A DNA stretch of 64,000 nt from an uncultured cyanobacterium. GTDB taxonomy: Bacteria; Cyanobacteriota; Cyanobacteriia; Cyanobacteriales; CAWCAG01. The stretch spans positions 237,561 to 301,560 of the forward strand of contig CAWDOD010000006.1 of NCBI GenBank assembly GCA_963803805.1, in the 5' to 3' direction. The notes below the pieces were generated by a model. That model did not search any database, was not told where the DNA came from, and worked only from the letters and a program-made list of their open reading frames with translations. Both the position numbers and the translations under genes were made by a program. This document shows positions 1-9,843 of this stretch, one piece after another. Position 1 is the first letter of the stretch; each line of letters begins with the position of its first letter.

Positions 1-220
1 TATTTCTACTGTTTAAATTTAATTGGCTTTCCACAAAATTGGGCATTTAAAGTCACTCAAGACTGCAAGCTTTTCTAAAAAAGAGTAGCGACTGGTTTAT
101 AATCTAGGCTAACTTTGGATGTGCGCGCATATCCTTCGACTCATTAATTAAGTTGTGATCACCTTAAACTATACTTAAATTGATGACTTGCCTAGCTTAT
201 AATCCCAGGAGGAATCGCCC

Positions 221-1480
221 TTGTCTCGCCGCTACTTATTCACTTCTGAGTCAGTTACAGAAGGTCATCCTGATAAAATCTGTGATCAAATCTCTGATGC
301 TATCTTAGATGCTCTGCTTACTCAGGATGAAGCCAGTCGCGTTGCTGCTGAAGTTGTAGTTAACACTGGTTTAGTACTAATTACTGGAGAAATCTCCTCC
401 CAAGCCAGGGTTAATTATGTCAATATAGCTCGGCAAAAAATTGCGGAAATTGGCTACACAGACGCTAAAAACTGCTTTTCTGCCGATAGTTGTTCTGTAT
501 TAGTTGCCTTAGATGAACAGTCTCCAGATATTGCTCAAGGTGTCACCACAGCCCAAGAACAACGCCAAGCAATGAGTAATGATGAACTCGATCAAATTGG
601 TGCTGGAGATCAGGGTTTAATGTTTGGTTTTGCTTGTGACGAAACCCCGGAGTTAATGCCTTTGCCCATTAGTTTGGCACACCATATTTCTCGACGTTTA
701 GCAACAGTACGCAAAGCCGGAAAATTACCTTACCTAGGGCCAGATGGTAAAACTCAAGTGAGTGTGATTTACGAAGATGGCAAACCTGTGGGTATTGATA
801 CTATCTTAATTTCCACTCAACATTCAGAAACCATTGGGGAAATCAGTGATGGTGCTGCGGTACAGAAGAAAATCAAAACTGATTTGTGGGAAGCCGTAGT
901 ACAGCCAGTTTTTGCGGAGTTAGAAATCAAACCAGATCAAGGAACCCGTTTCTTAGTTAATCCTACCGGAAAATTTGTTATTGGTGGTCCTCAAGGGGAC
1001 TCTGGTTTAACAGGAAGAAAAATTATTGTTGATACCTATGGTGGCTATTCTCGCCATGGTGGGGGAGCTTTTTCGGGTAAAGATCCTACTAAAGTGGATC
1101 GTTCTGCTGCCTATGCCGCGCGGTATGTTGCCAAGAATGTTGTGGCTGCGGGGTTAGCCCAGAAGTGTGAAGTTCAGCTTAGTTATGCCATTGGTGTTGC
1201 CCGTCCGGTTAGTATTTTAGTCGAAACTTTTGGTACAGGGAAAGTAGAAGAAGAAGTACTTTTAGATTTAGTTCAGAAGCATTTTGAATTACGTCCAGCA
1301 GGGATTATTCAAGCTTTTAATCTACGTCGCTTACCCGCAGAAAGAGGTGGCCATTTCTACCAAGATATAGCAGCTTATGGGCATTTAGGTCGGGAAGATC
1401 TAGATTTGCCTTGGGAACGCACAGATAAAGCTGAGGTGTTGAAAAAAGCTTTAGTTCAAACCACAGCAGTGGGAGTTTAG
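221..1480 (+). CDS. metK: S-adenosylmethionine synthetase
   Basis: [20 protein letters not shown] and GGGAFSGKD signature motifs; AGGAGG RBS before the TTG start. Confidence 0.98.
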   Translation: MSRRYLFTSESVTEGHPDKICDQISDAILDALLTQDEASRVAAEVVVNTGLVLITGEISSQARVNYVNIARQKIAEIGYTDAKNCFSADSCSVLVALDEQSPDIAQGVTTAQEQRQAMSNDELDQIGAGDQGLMFGFACDETPELMPLPISLAHHISRRLATVRKAGKLPYLGPDGKTQVSVIYEDGKPVGIDTILISTQHSETIGEISDGAAVQKKIKTDLWEAVVQPVFAELEIKPDQGTRFLVNPTGKFVIGGPQGDSGLTGRKIIVDTYGGYSRHGGGAFSGKDPTKVDRSAAYAARYVAKNVVAAGLAQKCEVQLSYAIGVARPVSILVETFGTGKVEEEVLLDLVQKHFELRPAGIIQAFNLRRLPAERGGHFYQDIAAYGHLGREDLDLPWERTDKAEVLKKALVQTTAVGV

Positions 1481-1493
1481 AAGAAGTAATAAG

Positions 1494-1541
1494 TAATGGG
1501 TGATGGGTAATGGGTAAGCTGTTACAAGCTTAAACAGCTTA
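1494..1541. terminator. STRR heptamers (TAATGGG-type) followed by a 9-bp stem-loop between convergent genes
   Basis: TAAGCTGTT (1515-1523) pairs with AACAGCTTA (1533-1541). Confidence 0.5.
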
Positions 1542-1583
1542 TTATGGCATTAGTTAAACAAACGGTTACTCTTGCCTGCTCCC

Positions 1584-2204
1584 TTAACTTTTCTTGGCTA
1601 TTCCTTTGTAGGTATAACCTGCAATTTCCGGAGAACTTTTTTCGAGAAATTCTTCTACTTGAACTGCATCAAAATGATTTTCTACTAACAGCTTAATGTT
1701 ACGGTTGAGATTACAGCCATCGCCAACAATTTTTTGTAGGGGATTCAGGCGATTTTGCCAGACTTGGACTTGGGGTTGATTACTTAATCCGTGTTCAATG
1801 AAGAAGAACCTTCCCCCTGGTTTCAAGACGCGATAAATTTCTTTTAAAGCCTTGTCTATATTAACGATGCTGCATAATGTCCAAGTACTGACAATACTAT
1901 CGAAAGTATTATTTTCCATGGGCAAAGATTCACCATTAAGAACATAATGTTCCACTTTTAAAGGGGAAGCTTGGATGCGTTTTCGGGCTAATTTGTTCAT
2001 GCCAGAGTTGGCATCAATAGTAGTTATTTTTTCTACCTTATCGGAATAATAAGGAAGATTTAAACCAGTTCCAAAGCCAATTTCTAAAACTTTCCCTTGT
2101 ACATCAGCTAAAAGTTCCTGGCGGTATGTTGCTAATTCTTGACCAGACATAACCACATCTAATAAGCGAGGAAAAATTACTTTTGAATATAAACCCATAA
2201 TCAA
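1584..2204 (-). CDS. class I SAM-dependent methyltransferase
   Basis: VLEIGFGTG motif I; FDSIVS and VLKPGG motifs. Confidence 0.92.
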   Translation of the reverse strand: MIMGLYSKVIFPRLLDVVMSGQELATYRQELLADVQGKVLEIGFGTGLNLPYYSDKVEKITTIDANSGMNKLARKRIQASPLKVEHYVLNGESLPMENNTFDSIVSTWTLCSIVNIDKALKEIYRVLKPGGRFFFIEHGLSNQPQVQVWQNRLNPLQKIVGDGCNLNRNIKLLVENHFDAVQVEEFLEKSSPEIAGYTYKGIAKKS

Positions 2205-2211
2205 TTATTAA

Positions 2212-2679
2212 TTACTTACCCAACTTTCCTCTCACTAAATCCTGAATCTTCTTGCCATCAGCTTTTCCCTTAACCTGGGGCATAATCTTACCCATGACTT
2301 TACCCATATCTTTAGGAGAGGTTGCTTTAACCTCAGCGATCGCACCATCAATAATTGTGGTTAATTCTGCTTCAGAAAGTTGCTGAGGTAAATAAGTTTC
2401 AATAATGGCCAATTCTTGGGCTTCAACCTCAGCAAGATCCTCTCTTCCTCCTTGGGTATACTGCTCAATAGAATCCCGACGTTGTTTGGCTTGTTGCGCC
2501 AAAAGTTCTAATTCCTGGGTTTCGTTAAGACTATCTTGCCCTTGAGGACGTAAGCTAACTTCTTTATCCAATAAAGCTTTTTTGATACTGCGAACCGTTT
2601 GTAAACGAATTTTATCCTTCGCTTTCATCGCAGTTTTGATATCTTCACCAATACGATCTTTCAAACTCATAACAGCCAA
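2212..2679 (-). CDS. GatB/YqeY domain protein
   Basis: AMKAKDK, KQRRDSIEQY, YLPQQLS and DMGKVMG motifs. Confidence 0.93.
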   Translation of the reverse strand: MAVMSLKDRIGEDIKTAMKAKDKIRLQTVRSIKKALLDKEVSLRPQGQDSLNETQELELLAQQAKQRRDSIEQYTQGGREDLAEVEAQELAIIETYLPQQLSEAELTTIIDGAIAEVKATSPKDMGKVMGKIMPQVKGKADGKKIQDLVRGKLGK

Positions 2680-2754
2680 ATATCCCTTTATTATTCACTC
2701 TCGTAAATCCTAGCTTAATTGACAACTGACTCATCAATCATTGATCATTGTATG

Positions 2755-2775
2755 GCTTGCCGTTGCCGCAGGCAT
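2755..2775 (+). repeat. small dispersed repeat GCTTGCCGTTGCCGCAGGCAT
   Basis: near-identical inverted copy at 49789-49810; partial copy at 19064-19077. Confidence 0.7.
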
Positions 2776-2800
2776 TATTGATAACTGACTAACTGAAAAA

Positions 2801-3727
2801 ATGCGTATTCTCATCATGGGTGGAACCCGGTTTATCGGAGTCTACTTAACAAAAATTTTAGTAGAACAGGGTCACGAGGTGGTTTTATTTAACCGGGGGA
2901 ATAAACCTGCACCCACCGAAGGAATACAACAAATTCATGGCGATCGCCAAGATTCTCAGCAGTTAAAAGATAAATTAGCCGGGGAAAGTTTCGATGCTAT
3001 TTTTGATAATAATGGTCGAGAATTGAGTGATACTCAACCTTTAGTCGAGTTATTCAAAGACAAAGTTAAGCATTTTGTTTATGTAAGTTCAGCCGGAGTT
3101 TATCAAAAATCTGACCAGATGCCCCATATAGAAGGGGATGCTGTTGATCCTAATAGTCGCCACAAAGGGAAACATCACACCGAAGCTTATTTAAAAGAAG
3201 CTGGCATACCTTGGACTTCTATTCGCCCAGTTTATATTTATGGGCCAGAAAATTATAACCCCGTAGAAAGTTGGTTTTTCCATCGCCTGGTTCGAGATCG
3301 CCCCATACCGATTCCTGGTAACGGTATGCACATTACCCAATTAGGTCATGTGGCAGATTTAGCTAATGCCATGGCTTCTGTATTAGGAAACGAAAAAGCT
3401 ATTGGTCAAATTTATAATATCTCCGGCGATCGCTATATTACCTTTGATGGTTTAGCTAAAAGTTGTGCTGAAGCTATGGGCAAATCTCCAGAAGAGATTA
3501 AATTAGTTCATTACAACCCCAAAGATTTTGATTTCGGCAAGCGCAAAGCTTTCCCCCTAAGATTGCAACATTTTTTCACTGCAATTGATAAAGCGAAAAC
3601 AGAGTTATCTTGGCAACCAGAGTTCGATTTACTTTCTGGCTTAAAAGACTCTTTTCGCAACGACTTCCAAGCCAACAACCAAGCCCAAGCAGAAGTAGAC
3701 TTTTCTACTGATGACGAGATAGTGTAG
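2801..3727 (+). CDS. NAD-dependent epimerase/dehydratase family protein (CSP41b-like RNA-binding protein)
   Basis: GGTRFIG Rossmann motif; RPVYIYGP and FPLRLQHFF typical of CSP41b homologues. Confidence 0.88.
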   Translation: MRILIMGGTRFIGVYLTKILVEQGHEVVLFNRGNKPAPTEGIQQIHGDRQDSQQLKDKLAGESFDAIFDNNGRELSDTQPLVELFKDKVKHFVYVSSAGVYQKSDQMPHIEGDAVDPNSRHKGKHHTEAYLKEAGIPWTSIRPVYIYGPENYNPVESWFFHRLVRDRPIPIPGNGMHITQLGHVADLANAMASVLGNEKAIGQIYNISGDRYITFDGLAKSCAEAMGKSPEEIKLVHYNPKDFDFGKRKAFPLRLQHFFTAIDKAKTELSWQPEFDLLSGLKDSFRNDFQANNQAQAEVDFSTDDEIV

Positions 3728-3794
3728 CCGTTATTATTAATAAGCACCAGAGAAAACCTCTCAAATAATCACTGATAATTGATATCATTGAGTT

Positions 3795-4457
3795 ATGTTT
3801 ACTCAATTCCGTACTCGCTATCCCCAAGGCAGCCTGATCAGTGAATTTGTCACTGTTGATCGGGGACAGTATATAGTAAGAGCTTTAATTCAAGATAAAG
3901 GTATCACTTTAGCTAGCGGCTTAGCTGCTGCTGAAACCATAGAAAAAGCTGAAGATCAAGCCAGAGAAAGGGCTTTTACTGCCCTTGGTATTAGCTTTGC
4001 TCCTTCAACTTCAACAAGCAACTTTGAGCCTAACCAACAAATTCCTGTAAGCCAGCCCCAAACCAACTTCTCAGCCCCAACTCCAACTCCCACCAAGGCA
4101 GCGAAAGTTGAGAATTTTGCTTTTCATAATACCAACTCCCAATCGACAATCCCTGAACCAATTAGTTCAGAACCAATTCTGGAAACTCCTGATTTTTCTG
4201 TAGCAACCGAAACATTACCAGAAAAAGAAAGTTTACCTCCAACCCCTCTACCTCAAGAAGTAGTTACCAAACCAGTAGCCCTCAACCCTGTTGATATGTC
4301 AGATGTGATTATTCAAACTGACATTGAAATGAAACGTTTAGGTTGGGGAAAAAAGGAAGGAGTAGATCATTTACTACAAACCTACGGTAAGCGAACTCGA
4401 ACTTCTTTAACAGATCAAGAATTGAAAGAGTTTCTGCAATATTTACAATCTCAATAA
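3795..4457 (+). CDS. conserved cyanobacterial hypothetical protein (two small domains joined by a Pro/Ser/Thr linker)
   Basis: 220-aa ORF with host-like codon use and a low-complexity middle. Confidence 0.8.
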   Translation: MFTQFRTRYPQGSLISEFVTVDRGQYIVRALIQDKGITLASGLAAAETIEKAEDQARERAFTALGISFAPSTSTSNFEPNQQIPVSQPQTNFSAPTPTPTKAAKVENFAFHNTNSQSTIPEPISSEPILETPDFSVATETLPEKESLPPTPLPQEVVTKPVALNPVDMSDVIIQTDIEMKRLGWGKKEGVDHLLQTYGKRTRTSLTDQELKEFLQYLQSQ

Positions 4458-4534
4458 GGCTTATGCCGTTAAACTTTGAAGTCAACAGTTTTAGCTATCG
4501 GAAACAGGGAACAGCCAGCAGAAAAGAGCTACAG

Positions 4535-4705
4535 CTATTTTACTTCTTCAGTAACACCTTCTAAAAAACCAATCAATCCTTTTCCCCAAGGATTTTCTTG
4601 TGCAAAGTGTTCACCAATTTTTAATGCTACAGTTTTAACAGCAAAGTTCACTAACACAGGGCAAATCTCTATCTCAATTGCAAATAAATCCTTGAATTTG
4701 TCCAC
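4535..4705 (-). other. possible 56-aa small ORF or gene remnant (not in ORF track)
   Basis: GTG start gives MDKFKDLFAIEIEICPVLVNFAVKTVALKIGEHFAQENPWGKGLIGFLEGVTEEVK-stop, with host-like codons. Confidence 0.35.
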
Positions 4706-4897
4706 AATTCTTTCTTCACAAGCTACCTTAAAAGAAAAGTGTTAGGAGACTAAAGCTTAATGACTGGTACTGAATTATCGATGTTAGGATTACTTCTTTT
4801 CCCTGGTTTATTGCTATCGATACTGGTTATGTTCACCTTTTCTAAAGGAGGATGAGGCTTTAAGCTAAATAGGGCAGGGTTGCATCTTTATTAGGTT

Positions 4898-6679
4898 ATG
4901 GCTAAGAAAAAATTTAGGCACTTTCTCTTGCCGACTTTTGGTGCGGCTATTTTACTTGGTGGTGGCACAGCAATTTATTGGTTACTGGTGCGGCCATATT
5001 TTTTTGCAGCGCAAAAGCTTACGGGGGCAGAGTTAGTCCCCCAAGAAGTTATTTTTGCTGCCTCAATTTCCACAGATGAGGAACAATGGCAGCAATTACA
5101 ACAGTTGGGAACCCCAGAAAGTCAACAGGTGATTAAGAAGCATTTTGGGGATCTTAAAAATACTTTCCTGCAATCCAATGGTTATAGCTATGAAACCCAC
5201 ATCCAACCTTGGGTAGGGCAAGAGATCACCATTGCCTATTTCGCAGCAACTCAATCTCCTTTAATTGTGCCGAATGCCCTTTCTTCAGAGAATTTGGGTA
5301 AGCCTATGGTGTTTATTTTACCTATGGAAAATCCAGTACAAGCAGGACAACTTTTGGATTCTCCTAACTCTGATACTGAAAGCAAAAAACTCCGCCGCAC
5401 CTATAAAGGAGTGGAGATTGAAGAAATTCAAAATAGTCAATCTCAAAAATACTCCCTGACTATTATCAAAAATTTTCTGGTTGTTGCTAATGATCCTCTA
5501 GTTATGGAAAAGGTGATTGATAGCTACCAACAAAAGACATCTTTAGAAGCTGATTCTAGTTATCAAAAGGCTTTAAGGCAGTTGGGAAAAAAAGTTGATT
5601 TTGCTCGTTTTTATGGGCATTTCCCCGCAATATTTGAGACGGCGGCTGCTAATTCTCTTTCTCCCCCTCCAGAATCTTCTAAGCAACATAGACAGGGAGT
5701 TACTGGTAGCTTAACTCTCACTTCAGAATCTCTGCATTGGCGAGGGATCATTTGGGGAAAACCGGGAGAATTTATGCAGCAAGTCAATTCTCCTGGAGAT
5801 TATTTAACCCAATTGAGGGAAAAGAGTTTAGCTTCCCGCTTACCTAAACAGACTTTGTTTTTCTTCTCAGGTAATAATCTGCCTGCACAATGGCAAGGTT
5901 GGGGTAGTGAGGCAGATTTGTTACCCCTTTTACCTGTCGGTGCAAATACTATCTCTAATTTTATCAACGAAAATACCGGGATGAGTTGGCAAGAAGATTT
6001 CCTCCCTTGGTTAGGAAAGGATTTCGCTTTAGCATTGACTCCTATTTCTGAAGATAGCTTAATTAATTTTACTGATAGCGGGGCTGTAGAATTGGGGGCG
6101 GCTTTAGTTACTGTTGCTCAAATTGAGGATCGTTCCCGTGGTGAAGTAGCCCTAAAAAAGTTGGATGAAGCAATGGGTGAAAGATCTCAGTTTCAGGTTA
6201 AATCTGCTCAACAAGCAGGGCAATCTGTGGTTAATTGGCAATCACCTTTAGGAGGTGTGGAAGCAGTACATGGCTTGCTACCACAAGATATATTTTTCTT
6301 TTCTTTAGGCGCTCCTATTAGTAATAAAATCTTACCAAAACCTCAGCCTAATTTACTGTCGAATAAGTTTTTTCAGCAAGTAGTAAAAAAAGGGGTTGCC
6401 CCTGTTAATAGTGAGTTATTTTTTGATGTCGAAAACTTTCTGGCTCAAAAAGGAACTTTAGCTTTCCCAGAAGGGCAAAAGAATTTACTTGAAGCTATTC
6501 GTGCTTTTGGTGTCACAACAACGGTTGTAGATGCTCAAAATACTCGCTTTGAAGCAATTTTCTTATTACAAAATATCTCTCCTAAACCTAATCTTCCTAA
6601 TTCATCAGAAGAGGATTCTGAACCAAAAAGTTCTCCTTTTCTTGAGGGTTCTCCTGTTGATAACAATTCTCGAAAATGA
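4898..6679 (+). CDS. DUF3352 domain membrane-anchored protein
   Basis: N-terminal TM helix; duplicated IQPWVGQE / FLPWLGKD motifs. Confidence 0.82.
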   Translation: MAKKKFRHFLLPTFGAAILLGGGTAIYWLLVRPYFFAAQKLTGAELVPQEVIFAASISTDEEQWQQLQQLGTPESQQVIKKHFGDLKNTFLQSNGYSYETHIQPWVGQEITIAYFAATQSPLIVPNALSSENLGKPMVFILPMENPVQAGQLLDSPNSDTESKKLRRTYKGVEIEEIQNSQSQKYSLTIIKNFLVVANDPLVMEKVIDSYQQKTSLEADSSYQKALRQLGKKVDFARFYGHFPAIFETAAANSLSPPPESSKQHRQGVTGSLTLTSESLHWRGIIWGKPGEFMQQVNSPGDYLTQLREKSLASRLPKQTLFFFSGNNLPAQWQGWGSEADLLPLLPVGANTISNFINENTGMSWQEDFLPWLGKDFALALTPISEDSLINFTDSGAVELGAALVTVAQIEDRSRGEVALKKLDEAMGERSQFQVKSAQQAGQSVVNWQSPLGGVEAVHGLLPQDIFFFSLGAPISNKILPKPQPNLLSNKFFQQVVKKGVAPVNSELFFDVENFLAQKGTLAFPEGQKNLLEAIRAFGVTTTVVDAQNTRFEAIFLLQNISPKPNLPNSSEEDSEPKSSPFLEGSPVDNNSRK

Positions 6680-7001
6680 TGACAGATTAATTCCTGTAGA
6701 AACTGGGTTACAAAAGTATATATTGATTAAGTAATATCACCACCCCAGTTGAGCTGATTTGACTATTTGCGATCGCTCCCAGTTCAACTAAAAATTCTGC
6801 TAGCCCAAATTCTCCAGTCTGGTTAATTGTTGGCTATGAAAACTTTAGTTTTAGCTCTTAGTCATTTATACTTGATACGAAAATGATTCTACTTTTTAGG
6901 GACATCTTAAATTTATTCTAAGGGCGATTCTCCAAGGTCAACCATTCTCCTTCAAAGAGGCTTTGCAAACGTGATCGCCCTTTAATTATCTCACTGTAGC
7001 T

Positions 7002-9743
7002 TTGATGAATAAAATCTTCCCAAAATTATCCCTAGTTGGTAGTTTAGCATTGAATTGTTTAGGTTTGAGCTTTCAAGTTCAAGCTCAAATAACCCCAGAT
7101 TCTACAGTTGGCACTCTTGTTAATAGTAGCAACGGTACTCCCTGTGTAGCTGCTATCTGCGCCATTACAGGGGGAAATCTCCAAGGTTCCAACCTCTTCC
7201 ATAGCTTCAGGGACTTTTCCCTAGTCGGAGGCAATACAGTCCAATTTAATAATGGTGCTGTAACCAATACTTTTGTCCGAGTTACGGGGGGACAAATTTC
7301 TAACCTTGATGGCATAATTAATGCTAGCAATACTACCAATTTATATTTACTTAACCCCAACGGTATTACCTTTGGCAGCAACGCCCAACTAAATATTAGT
7401 GGTTCTTTCTTTGCTAGTACCGCAGACAGAGTAACCTTCACCGATAATAGTTTTTTCAGCGCTACAGATACTAGCAATTCTGCCCTATTAACGGTAACTG
7501 CCCCAGTTGGTTTGCAGATATTTGCTAATCCTGGGGCTATCATTAATCGTTCTACAACTGGGTTAGCTGTTAATCCAGGTCAAAATATTACCTTGATTGG
7601 CGGTGATATTAGTTTAGAAGGAAGTAACTTGATTGCTCCAGGAGGGAAGGTACAATTAGTAAGTACCAGCAACAGCACTTTTAACCTCAACTCTATAGGG
7701 GCTGTTCCTAACCCTGGAAAAATCAGCTTAACTTCTGGTGCAACGGTTAACACTAGTGGTTTGGCAGGAGGAAAAATAACCCTCCAAGGTGGGGCTATTA
7801 ATCTGGATCAAGCATCTAGTTTAATCTCTGACACCTTCGGTAATTTACCCGGTGCAGGTATTGATATTCAAGCCACAGAATTTAAGCTAGAAGACCGTTC
7901 TTACCTTTCCTCCTCAACGTTTTTAGGTAATGCCAAGGCCGGGGATATTAACATCAATTCTTCAGTGGTAGAACTCAACGGAGCTGCCCCTAATGGCCTT
8001 AAAGATGAAATTAGATTAGGTACTTTTAATCCTTTAGCACTGCGAGATGGCTTGTATAGCTTTAGTGCAGGAGGCGGTGCTGCGGGCAAGGTTAAGATTA
8101 CCGCAAACCGATTACTATCTAAGGGTGGTGCAGCTATCCTCACAACTGCTTTTGCTAATGGTGCTGGGGGGGATATGGATTTCAACGTTACCGGATTAGC
8201 AGAAATTGATGAAGGTTCTATTTTCCTGGCTGGCACGGCTGGGGTAGGGGCTTCGGGGGTCTTTGAATTCACAGCAGGGCAGTTGCGCTTGCTTAACGGC
8301 TCAGTTTTCAGTACCACCCCTAACCAAATTAGTTCCGGCAAGGGTGGGGATATGACTATTAATGCAGGAAGCGTCGAAATTAGGGGAACGCCTGCCAATG
8401 CAACTGCTCCCGTAGGCTTGTTTACCACCACCCTTGGCGGAGGAGCCGCAGGTAACTTAAAAATTACAACAGGACAGCTTGTAGTAGCTGAAGGAGGGCA
8501 ACTTTCCTCTGCCACATCCGGGGCAGCTAAAGGTGGCAATCTTGATGTTATTGCGGATGTGGTTGATCTAAGGGGTATTTCACCAGATGGCATATTTTTG
8601 AGTGGTTTGTTCGCTTCTTCCTCTCTACTCACTGTGGGAGGACAACCGGGTAATGCCGCCGCAGGGAATCTTACTATTAATAGTAAACGAGTTAGTGTGA
8701 GGGATGGGGCGCAAATTTCTGTGGCAACAGGGGGAAGCAACCCAGCAGGGAGCATCTCCATTAAGGCTTCAGAATCAGTTGAAGTGTCAGGGTTTGCCAC
8801 AGGAGTAAATCCTTTTGTCGAAGCAGTTTCTTTTGGTGTCTTGGGTGATGGCATTGTCCCTAGTGCCATTGATTCTAATACCAGTGGTGCAGGGGCAGCC
8901 GGAAACATTGATATTCATACAAAAGATTTTAGGGTAGAAAATGGGGCAGAAGTTGGAGTAAGAGCTACTAGTACCGGTGGGGCTGGCAACCTTAATGTCA
9001 AAGCAAGGCGCATTCTTCTTGATAATCAAGGAACTATCTCCGCAGCAACAGTTACGGGGGCAGGGGGTAACATTCGTTTAAATGCTATAGGGATTATTCT
9101 GCGGCGTAACAGTCGTATTGCAACGGATGCTGGTAATGCAGATGGAGGCAACATCATCATGGAAACCGGCGTACTTGCAGCCCTAGAAAATAGTGATATT
9201 ACTGCCAATGCTCAACAAGGTAGAGGTGGTAGGGTGATTATTACGGCTGAAGGTATTTTTGGAACAGAGTTTCGTGCTTTCTTAACTCCCCAAAGTGACA
9301 TTACTGCAACCTCTGACCTCGGGCCGCAATTTAGCGGTGTGGTAGATATTACCACCTTGGGAGTTGACCCTAGTTCGGGACTTGTGGAGTTACCAGATGA
9401 AGTTGTTGATCCCACCGAACAAATTGCTGTTGGTTGTGCTACCTCTGCTGAAAGTCGCTTTATCATCACAGGTAGAGGGGGTTTGCCAGAAGATGCAGCA
9501 GGAACTATTCGAGGGGAAACTATATGGCAAGATTTACAAGATTTTTCTGGGGAAGAACAACTTAGCAACACTGTGCAGCCTCCCCAGGCAAATAATTCTT
9601 CTTCAACTACCGAACCTTTACCTGTTCAAGCAACAGGCTGGGTAGTTAATGAATCAGGAAATCTAGAATTAGTGGCGCATCTATCAGAAGCCGGTATTCA
9701 GGGATCATGGGCTGATGTACCGGAGTGTGGGGTGGGAAGTTAA
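7002..9743 (+). CDS. filamentous haemagglutinin family TpsA exoprotein
   Basis: signal peptide ending VQAQITPD; NLFHSF and LLNPNG secretion domain; Gly-rich beta-helix repeats; C-terminal FIITGRGGLP and QATGW motifs; ATG at 7005 is a possible start. Confidence 0.93.
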   Translation: MMNKIFPKLSLVGSLALNCLGLSFQVQAQITPDSTVGTLVNSSNGTPCVAAICAITGGNLQGSNLFHSFRDFSLVGGNTVQFNNGAVTNTFVRVTGGQISNLDGIINASNTTNLYLLNPNGITFGSNAQLNISGSFFASTADRVTFTDNSFFSATDTSNSALLTVTAPVGLQIFANPGAIINRSTTGLAVNPGQNITLIGGDISLEGSNLIAPGGKVQLVSTSNSTFNLNSIGAVPNPGKISLTSGATVNTSGLAGGKITLQGGAINLDQASSLISDTFGNLPGAGIDIQATEFKLEDRSYLSSSTFLGNAKAGDININSSVVELNGAAPNGLKDEIRLGTFNPLALRDGLYSFSAGGGAAGKVKITANRLLSKGGAAILTTAFANGAGGDMDFNVTGLAEIDEGSIFLAGTAGVGASGVFEFTAGQLRLLNGSVFSTTPNQISSGKGGDMTINAGSVEIRGTPANATAPVGLFTTTLGGGAAGNLKITTGQLVVAEGGQLSSATSGAAKGGNLDVIADVVDLRGISPDGIFLSGLFASSSLLTVGGQPGNAAAGNLTINSKRVSVRDGAQISVATGGSNPAGSISIKASESVEVSGFATGVNPFVEAVSFGVLGDGIVPSAIDSNTSGAGAAGNIDIHTKDFRVENGAEVGVRATSTGGAGNLNVKARRILLDNQGTISAATVTGAGGNIRLNAIGIILRRNSRIATDAGNADGGNIIMETGVLAALENSDITANAQQGRGGRVIITAEGIFGTEFRAFLTPQSDITATSDLGPQFSGVVDITTLGVDPSSGLVELPDEVVDPTEQIAVGCATSAESRFIITGRGGLPEDAAGTIRGETIWQDLQDFSGEEQLSNTVQPPQANNSSSTTEPLPVQATGWVVNESGNLELVAHLSEAGIQGSWADVPECGVGS

Positions 9744-9843
9744 GTAAATAGGTAATGGGTAATGGGTAATGGGTAAATCTACGCTGTTCCCAGCTTCCTG
9801 CTCCCTTCTGCATAGAAAACTTTAAGCAAATTGGATTAATATA

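Noticed and set aside
1-220. SAM riboswitch upstream of metK
   Set aside because: No SAM-I or SAM-II consensus is visible; only an isolated palindrome GGATGTGCGCGCATATCC near 117-134.
4476-4745. 89-aa plus-strand ORF
   Set aside because: Begins in an STRR-like tract, has atypical composition and is probably the shadow of a minus-strand frame.
7085-9645. Several long antisense or alternative-frame ORFs, including 335 aa at 7901-8908
   Set aside because: Expected shadows of the Gly/Ala/Thr-rich TpsA frame, with no recognisable motifs.
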